Assembly (NCBI GenBank): GCA_963666215.2
Contig: CAXWPL010000001.1
Coordinates: 352,001 to 416,000, forward strand
DNA length: 64,000 nt
Direction of reading: 5' to 3'
Source of the DNA: Acidobacteriota bacterium
GTDB taxonomy: Bacteria; Acidobacteriota; UBA890; WLXD01
Part shown: one piece after another, positions 58,234 to 64,000 of the stretch
How positions within the stretch are numbered: position 1 is the stretch's first letter
Layout of the letters: every line of letters starts with the position of its first letter
Position numbers and translations under genes: made by a program
Notes under the pieces: model-generated
What the model saw: the letters and a program-made list of their open reading frames with translations, nothing else
Told to the model about the DNA's origin: nothing
The model's database searches: none

Positions 58234-60891
58234 CTAACGCAGCATGGTGTTGAACAGCAGCTTGAAGGTGCCGTGGGTCTGGCTACGATGCTGCGTACGG
58301 AAGCCAATCAGCACCGCCTGGCCGTCACCGTGCTGGGCGACCACCATCCCCGCCCTCTTGGCGATGTGCTGCTCGCCCACCAACCAGCCGCTCTGCATGA
58401 TGTCGCGATCGGCGTAGCGCACGACGGTAGCGTAGTCGTCGTTGTCCATCGACGGGGTGATTGCGAAGGCCGGGCCGCTCCAGAAGAGCACCACTCCCTC
58501 GTCGGGCATGCCGTACCCGAGCGGGTGCGTGTTGTCGAAGCTGACCCGCAGTGTCGATCCTGGAGCGAAGAAATCGCGAGACGCGACATCCTGGAGCACG
58601 TTGCGCACGTTCAGACCGAGCTTCTCGATGGCGAATGCCGTTGCGCCCCCCAGCGCCACCAGCGTTCCACCCTCGTCGACGAACGCCTTGATGGCCTCGA
58701 CGCCCTCCTCGCCGATGCCGCTGCGGTACTCGGGAGGGGTCCCGCTCTGGTCACGCGGCGCGCCGAACGGACGCGGCGGCCCTGGGGGTGACTCGCCGGT
58801 GATCATGTCGGTGGAGTCTTGCGGAAAGATGATGACGTCGTAGCTGGCTTTCAGGTTGCCGGCTTTGATCTCGGCATCCATCAGCGAGGTGTACGGAAAG
58901 CCGAACTGCTCGAGCGTGAAGCGCGTCCAGCCCTCGTCCATGTTGCCGCCGCGGTAGCGCTGGTACATGCCCACGCGCATCCGGGTTACGTCGTGAAGAG
59001 TGGTCGCGTCCGCGGGGCTCGCGGCTAGCGACTCGAAGTCGACGCCCGTGCTGCGCGCCACATCGCGGAGAGCAGCTGCTGCACCGGCACCGACGATGAA
59101 GTCGCCAGGCCGCAAACCGGCGGTGTCGTCGGCTCGATCGGCGCGGCGAACATCGATTCCCGCGTCCAGCAGCTTGTTCACCGCGGTGAAGGCCGCGTTC
59201 TGGCGACCGTCGAGCCTGAAGTCGGACCCACCCGACGCCACGCTGCCCGTCATGGCAACCGGCGCCGCCAGCGTCGCGAAGCTGCCAGGAACAACTCCCT
59301 CTGGCACGTCAACTGGATCGACGCGCACTCCCATGAACTCGGCCATCGTGTGGGTTGACGAGTCGTACGGTCGCAGCGGTGAGCCGTCGCGGGCGCGCGT
59401 CCACTCGTTGTCCGGGTAGAACGTGCGCCCCAAGAGATTGAGGATGAGGCCTGTCTTCGGCTGCGCCATCGAGACCACGTAGGAGCCTGCGCCGTACATC
59501 ATCCCGTCAACACTGAAAGCCTCACGCGCTTCCTGAATCTGCACATCGGACATCAACAGCGTGTTGATCATCTTCGTCGCCGTCAGCCCGTCATGCTGGT
59601 TGGCCGGAACAATGTAGGCGTTCGGCGAAGCCATGGCGCCGCGCTCGGTCTGCCGCGTGGCCTTGAGGTACGCGTTGCGCAGCACCGTCTCGCGGTTGCG
59701 TGCGGCCATATCCTGCAGCGCCCAGGCGGCGACCTTCTGCTGGGCAACGATGTCGCTGACACGCCACCATCCGCCCGGCCACGGGTTGGGCATGTTCGAC
59801 TGCGCCTCGTAGGTCGGCAGGCCGAGCGCGCCACCGCTGAGCTGATCGGGGTGGATGAACAAGGGAGTTGCCAGCGTCGCGCTCGCCGCCTCGGTGAGCA
59901 TGCCCGTGATGTTGTGGAACGGGGTGATCCAGTGCCAGCCGAAGTGCCCCCAACCGGGATACTGCGCGGCATTCAAAACACCGGCCATGCCGGCCTCTTC
60001 GAGCTTGTAGGCGATGTGTGCCCCGTACCAGGAAAGCTCGCGCCACTGCAGCGGATCGGCGCCGGGCCGCATCGGCTCGCTGTACGGCGGCACGAAGAAG
60101 CGCGCTCCGTAGCTGCCCATCTGATGGTGGTCGACGTAGGCTTGCGGCTTCCAGTCACGGTACAGAACCTTGGCCATGTGAACCGACTCGGCCATGTTCA
60201 GGAAGTCGCCATCGCGGTTGTTATCGTGCCCCACATACTTGTGGTAGAGGAATGGCAAACCAGCGCCTTCGTACTCCGTGCCCACGGTCTCGCGATACCA
60301 GTCGGTGATCATGATCTGGCCGTCTGGATTGATGCACGGCAGTAGCAGCAGCACGGTCTCGTCGAGAATGCGCAGCGCTTCCTCGTCGTTACGCGACGCC
60401 ATCTCGTAGGCGATCGCCGGCCCGGTTTGGGCTCCCGCCACCTCGCTCGAGTGCAGCCCGAGCGACTGCGCCACAACGGCCTTGCCCTCGCGGACCATCG
60501 CCTCGACCTGGCTGGGAGAAAGACCGCGTGGATCGGCGAGTCCGCGGCTGATCTCGGCCAGTCGATCGAGATTCGAGATGTTCTCGGGCGACGAGATCGT
60601 TACGAGCAGAAACGGATGGCCCTCAGTCGTGGGTCCCATGTTGGTGACCTGCACCCGGTCCGACTCCGACTCGAGCAGCTCGAAGTACTCGACCAACCGA
60701 TCCCAGCGCGCCAGCTGGCGATCGGCGCCGAGCTCGTGGCCGAAGAACTCCAGCGGCGTGGTGACGTTGTTCTGAGCGACGCGCCCTACCGCTGAGGGCT
60801 CGAACGACGCGCCGGCGATGCCGGTGGCGAGAAAGATCGTTACTACGAGCGCGACTGCGAGCGAGGTCAGGCGGTGCGACTTCACGGGCAA
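58234..60891 (-). CDS. M14 zinc carboxypeptidase family protein with C-terminal class-I GATase-like domain
   Basis: Signal peptide, LHSSE, INPDG, GHDNNRD, DHHQMG, MDEGWTRF, HRSQTHGTFKLLFN. Confidence 0.9.
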   Translation of the reverse strand: MPVKSHRLTSLAVALVVTIFLATGIAGASFEPSAVGRVAQNNVTTPLEFFGHELGADRQLARWDRLVEYFELLESESDRVQVTNMGPTTEGHPFLLVTISSPENISNLDRLAEISRGLADPRGLSPSQVEAMVREGKAVVAQSLGLHSSEVAGAQTGPAIAYEMASRNDEEALRILDETVLLLLPCINPDGQIMITDWYRETVGTEYEGAGLPFLYHKYVGHDNNRDGDFLNMAESVHMAKVLYRDWKPQAYVDHHQMGSYGARFFVPPYSEPMRPGADPLQWRELSWYGAHIAYKLEEAGMAGVLNAAQYPGWGHFGWHWITPFHNITGMLTEAASATLATPLFIHPDQLSGGALGLPTYEAQSNMPNPWPGGWWRVSDIVAQQKVAAWALQDMAARNRETVLRNAYLKATRQTERGAMASPNAYIVPANQHDGLTATKMINTLLMSDVQIQEAREAFSVDGMMYGAGSYVVSMAQPKTGLILNLLGRTFYPDNEWTRARDGSPLRPYDSSTHTMAEFMGVRVDPVDVPEGVVPGSFATLAAPVAMTGSVASGGSDFRLDGRQNAAFTAVNKLLDAGIDVRRADRADDTAGLRPGDFIVGAGAAAALRDVARSTGVDFESLAASPADATTLHDVTRMRVGMYQRYRGGNMDEGWTRFTLEQFGFPYTSLMDAEIKAGNLKASYDVIIFPQDSTDMITGESPPGPPRPFGAPRDQSGTPPEYRSGIGEEGVEAIKAFVDEGGTLVALGGATAFAIEKLGLNVRNVLQDVASRDFFAPGSTLRVSFDNTHPLGYGMPDEGVVLFWSGPAFAITPSMDNDDYATVVRYADRDIMQSGWLVGEQHIAKRAGMVVAQHGDGQAVLIGFRTQHRSQTHGTFKLLFNTMLR

Positions 60892-61027
60892 CTCCAGGGT
60901 CGGATGATGGCAACGGCTCGTCTACTGCGGGCCGAGTCGTCGAGACTCTACCTGCGCTCGCGCTCGGCGTCGAAGTGCAAGAATTCCCGAGCACCTCCCG
61001 ACCCATCACTTCTGACCCTACTGACCC

Positions 61028-62974
61028 ATGATCTCGGTATCCGGCCTCGGTAAGACGTTCGGCGCTCAGACGCTGTTCTCCAACGTCACCTTCCGTCTTA
61101 ACCCGGGCGAACGCTACGGGCTGGTGGGTGCCAACGGCTCCGGCAAGACGACGCTGCTCAACATCCTTACGGGCGACGAGACGCCGAGCGAGGGAACCGT
61201 GTCGGTGGCCAGGCGGCTGAAGCTCGGCGTTTTGCGTCAGGACCAGTTCCTTTACGAGGACGAACGGATCCTCGACGTGGTCATGATGGGCAATCGCGAG
61301 CTCTGGGACGCGATGGTCGAAAAGGACGCGGTGCTGGAGCACGCCGAGGTGAGCTTCGACGCCGACCGCTACGCCGAGCTCGAAGAGATCGTGGTCCGGA
61401 ATGACGGCTACGCCGCCGAGGCACGCGCTGGAGATATTCTGCTGGGCCTGGGGTTTCCCACCAACGTCCACACGAACGCGCTGTCGACACTCTCGGGTGG
61501 CTTCAAGCTCCGGGTTTTGCTGGCCCAGGTTTTGGCCGCAACGCCCGACGCGCTGCTGCTCGACGAGCCGACCAACCATCTCGACATCCTGTCGATCCGA
61601 TGGCTCGAGAAGTTCCTGCAGACATTTGCCGGCCCCGTCGTCGTGATCTCGCATGACCACCGCTTCCTCGACAACGTTTGTAGCAACATCCTCGACGTCG
61701 ACTACGAAACGGTCACCCTCTACAAGGGTAACTACCGGCGTTTCACGACTGCCAAGAAGGAAGAGCGCGACCGTAAGGAGAAGGAGATCTCCAAGCGCGA
61801 GAAGGAGATCGACCACCACCAGCGCTTCGTCGAGCGTTTCCGCGCCAAGGCGAGCAAAGCCCGCCAGGCGCAGAGCAGAGTCCGGATGATCGAGAAAAAG
61901 GCCGAGGGTCTCGTCGATCTGCCACCGAGCTCACGCCGTTTCCCGACCTTCCGTTTCAAGCAGGTGCGACCCACCGGCCGCGACGTGCTCAAGATCGAAG
62001 GCGTCACGAAGGCCTACGGCGACAACCAGGTACTGCACGGCGTCGACCTCACGGTGCGGCGCGGCGATCGCCTCGCGATCATGGGACCGAACGGCATCGG
62101 CAAGTCGACCCTTCTGAAGATCGCCATGGACGAGATCGCGGCCGACGCCGGCACAACAGAGTGGGGGTACGAGACCTACCCGGGGTACTTCGCGCAGGAT
62201 CATCGTCAGCAACTCGAGCCGCCGGAACAGACGGTGGAGGGTGCGATGCTCGACGCCTGCCCGAGCGAGCTGCTGGGCGCGGTGCGCGCTCAGCTCGCGC
62301 TCCTGCTGTTCTCCGGCGACGAGGCGAAGAAGCGCCTCGACGCCCTTTCGGGTGGCGAGGCCGCACGACTCGTCTTCTGCTGGCTCTCCATGCAAAAGCC
62401 CAACGTGCTGGTTCTCGACGAGCCCACCAACCATCTCGACCTCGAGTCAATCGAGTCGCTCGTCGAAGGGCTCAAGAGCTACGACGGGACTCTGATCTTC
62501 GTATCGCACGACCGCTGGTTGGTGTCGAAGCTCGCGACGCGCATCGTCGAGATCAAGCCGGAAGGCATCCTCGACTACGACGGCACCTACGAGGAGTACG
62601 TTCACTACTGTGGCGACGATCATCTCGACGTCGACAGCGTGGTCCTCAAGGCTCGCAAGGAGACCGTTCGCAACAAGAAGAAGAAAGGAGCTAGCGGCGG
62701 CCCGAGGGCTCAGTCTGTTCCGCAGGACCCGGAGACGAAGAAAAAGATTCGTCAGCTCCGCGCACAACGCGACGAGATCACGGTTCTGATTGAAAAAGCG
62801 GAAACTCGCATTGGTGAGATCAACGAGCTGTTTTGTGATCCGGCAATCTTCGAGCGCAGCCGGGCCAAGGAGGCCCGCAAGCTCGAGGCGGAGCAGAAAA
62901 AGAAGCAGTCGACCGTCGAGGAACTGATGGCCGAGTGGCAGCGGGCCGAGGAGCAGTTAGCGACGCTCGAATAG
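61028..62974 (+). CDS. ABC-F family ATP-binding protein (YbiT/Uup-like)
   Basis: Two ABC domains (GANGSGKT, LSGG, LLLDEPTNHLD; GPNGIGKST, LSGGE, VLDEPTNHLD), no TM helices, C-terminal coiled coil. Confidence 0.95.
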   Translation: MISVSGLGKTFGAQTLFSNVTFRLNPGERYGLVGANGSGKTTLLNILTGDETPSEGTVSVARRLKLGVLRQDQFLYEDERILDVVMMGNRELWDAMVEKDAVLEHAEVSFDADRYAELEEIVVRNDGYAAEARAGDILLGLGFPTNVHTNALSTLSGGFKLRVLLAQVLAATPDALLLDEPTNHLDILSIRWLEKFLQTFAGPVVVISHDHRFLDNVCSNILDVDYETVTLYKGNYRRFTTAKKEERDRKEKEISKREKEIDHHQRFVERFRAKASKARQAQSRVRMIEKKAEGLVDLPPSSRRFPTFRFKQVRPTGRDVLKIEGVTKAYGDNQVLHGVDLTVRRGDRLAIMGPNGIGKSTLLKIAMDEIAADAGTTEWGYETYPGYFAQDHRQQLEPPEQTVEGAMLDACPSELLGAVRAQLALLLFSGDEAKKRLDALSGGEAARLVFCWLSMQKPNVLVLDEPTNHLDLESIESLVEGLKSYDGTLIFVSHDRWLVSKLATRIVEIKPEGILDYDGTYEEYVHYCGDDHLDVDSVVLKARKETVRNKKKKGASGGPRAQSVPQDPETKKKIRQLRAQRDEITVLIEKAETRIGEINELFCDPAIFERSRAKEARKLEAEQKKKQSTVEELMAEWQRAEEQLATLE

Positions 62975-63007
62975 AGTGCGCGCGACGTCGGCAGGAGCCA
63001 CCCTAGG

Positions 63008-63132
63008 TGTGTTTTCTAAGTAGGTTGTTCACATCGGGGCTCACTTCTGAGATCAATGGGGTTGTTCTAAGACTCCATGACCTCAGAAGGAGCGCCCGAT
63101 GCAGCTGCATGGTAATGCCCGAACGCCCTCTC
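63008..63132 (+). mobile_element. left end and transposase start of an IS481-family element
   Basis: CCTAGG (NCTAGN-type target) precedes TGTGTTTTCTAAGTAGGTTGTTCACAT. AGGAG RBS, then ATG at 63099 encoding MQLHGNART. Confidence 0.7.
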
Positions 63133-63202
63133 TGCCAACGTGGGGTGAGACGATGGAGGTTGGATAATTACTGAGCAAGAGGGCGAGGTCGGAGACACAA
63201 GA

Positions 63203-63694
63203 ATGTCGGAGTTGAGCAACAACGGTGCAGGAGACCACGAGGCCACCGGACGTCCGGTGCAGGGAGCCGGAGGCGACCGAAAGCGGACGTCGCGCGAGCC
63301 CGCGGTCCCGGCCCCCGACCCCCAGTTGGTCGAGCGACCACGGCGCCGCAAGTTCACCGCCGAGTACAAGGTCCGGGTGGTACGCGAGGCGGACGGGTGC
63401 TCGAAGCCCGGCGAGGTCGGCGCGCTGCTGCGGCGCGAGGGGCTGTACTCGTCGCATCTGTCGGTGTGGCGTAAGCAGCGTGGCGCCGGGGCATTGGTGG
63501 CGCTGGCTAAGCCACGCGGCCGGCCGGCTCCCGATCCCCGAGACGCGCAGCTTGCCAACCTGCGTCGCCGAGCCGAGCAGGCCGAGGCGGAGCTCGAGAA
63601 AGCACGGCGAGTAATCGAGGTGCAGGGAAACGTCTCCGCGCTTCTGGGAGAGCTGCTCGAGCCCAGGGGCGCCAACGCGACTACCAAGCGATGA
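63203..63694 (+). CDS. IS3-family transposase OrfA
   Basis: RRRKFTAEYK..V..EAD, GALLRREGLYSSHLS.WR, followed by a leucine-zipper-like segment. Confidence 0.9.
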   Translation: MSELSNNGAGDHEATGRPVQGAGGDRKRTSREPAVPAPDPQLVERPRRRKFTAEYKVRVVREADGCSKPGEVGALLRREGLYSSHLSVWRKQRGAGALVALAKPRGRPAPDPRDAQLANLRRRAEQAEAELEKARRVIEVQGNVSALLGELLEPRGANATTKR

Positions 63695-64000
63695 TCGAGC
63701 AAACCGTCGAACAACTCACTCCCATCATCGGGACTCGCCCGGCGTGCCGGACGCTGGGCGCCTCGCACGCGACGATCTACCGCCGCCGCCGGCCGCCTGC
63801 GCGCCGACCGAGCCGTCCGCGGCCCAAGCCGGCGAGGGCGCTGTCGGAGCCTGAACGTCACGAGGTGCTCGCCGAGTTGCATAGTGAGCGCTTCGTCGAC
63901 TGCGCTCCTGCCCAGGTATGGGCGACGCTGCTGGACGAAGGCCGCTACCTGGCATCGGAGCGCACGATGTACCGGATCCTCGCCGCCCAGGGCGAGGGCG
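63691..64000 (+). CDS. IS3-family transposase OrfB (partial)
   Basis: ATGA overlap with orfA in the -1 frame. ACRTLG.S.AT.YR, RALS..ER..VL..LHSERFVD.AP.QVWATLLDEG.YL.S.RTMYRIL. Confidence 0.88.
   Translation, partial: MIEQTVEQLTPIIGTRPACRTLGASHATIYRRRRPPARRPSRPRPKPARALSEPERHEVLAELHSERFVDCAPAQVWATLLDEGRYLASERTMYRILAAQGEG

Larger units (their letters stand above)
63133..64000 (+). mobile_element. IS3-family insertion sequence (right end outside window)
   Basis: A putative left IR starting TG (TGCCAACGTGGGGTGAGAC) is followed by orfA/orfB. The exact left boundary is inferred. Confidence 0.8.

Overview
A high-GC bacterial chromosomal segment, most likely from an acidobacterium. That assignment is inferred from two PadR + duplicated orphan ABC-permease (ADOP) pairs and a DUF1592/DUF1552/ankyrin operon. 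I can support about 40 coding regions. They include typA, an ABC-F ATPase, a thiolase plus an HAD-ECH fusion, an orphan Wzc-like tyrosine kinase, many exported peptidases/hydrolases (S9, S33-like, M14, M19, M24, amidohydrolase, serine hydrolase, arylsulfotransferase), several uncharacterised lipoproteins and two ankyrin proteins. At the right edge an IS3-family element is nested in an IS481-like left end. I saw no rRNA, tRNA or CRISPR array. Best candidates for undescribed biology: (i) an SBP / single-Cys racemase-like / NicX-like M29-fold trio, which looks like an unknown catabolic module; (ii) the cytochrome-c DUF1592 / Tat DUF1552 / CxxC-ankyrin operon; (iii) a membrane 4Fe-4S-HEAT-cNMP protein; (iv) zincin-like lipoproteins with non-canonical EExxH/EHxxH motifs. 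The window also carries many gene scars, including two in-frame amber stops 41 kb apart in an identical 8-bp context. All product calls come from reading motifs by eye; no database search was run.
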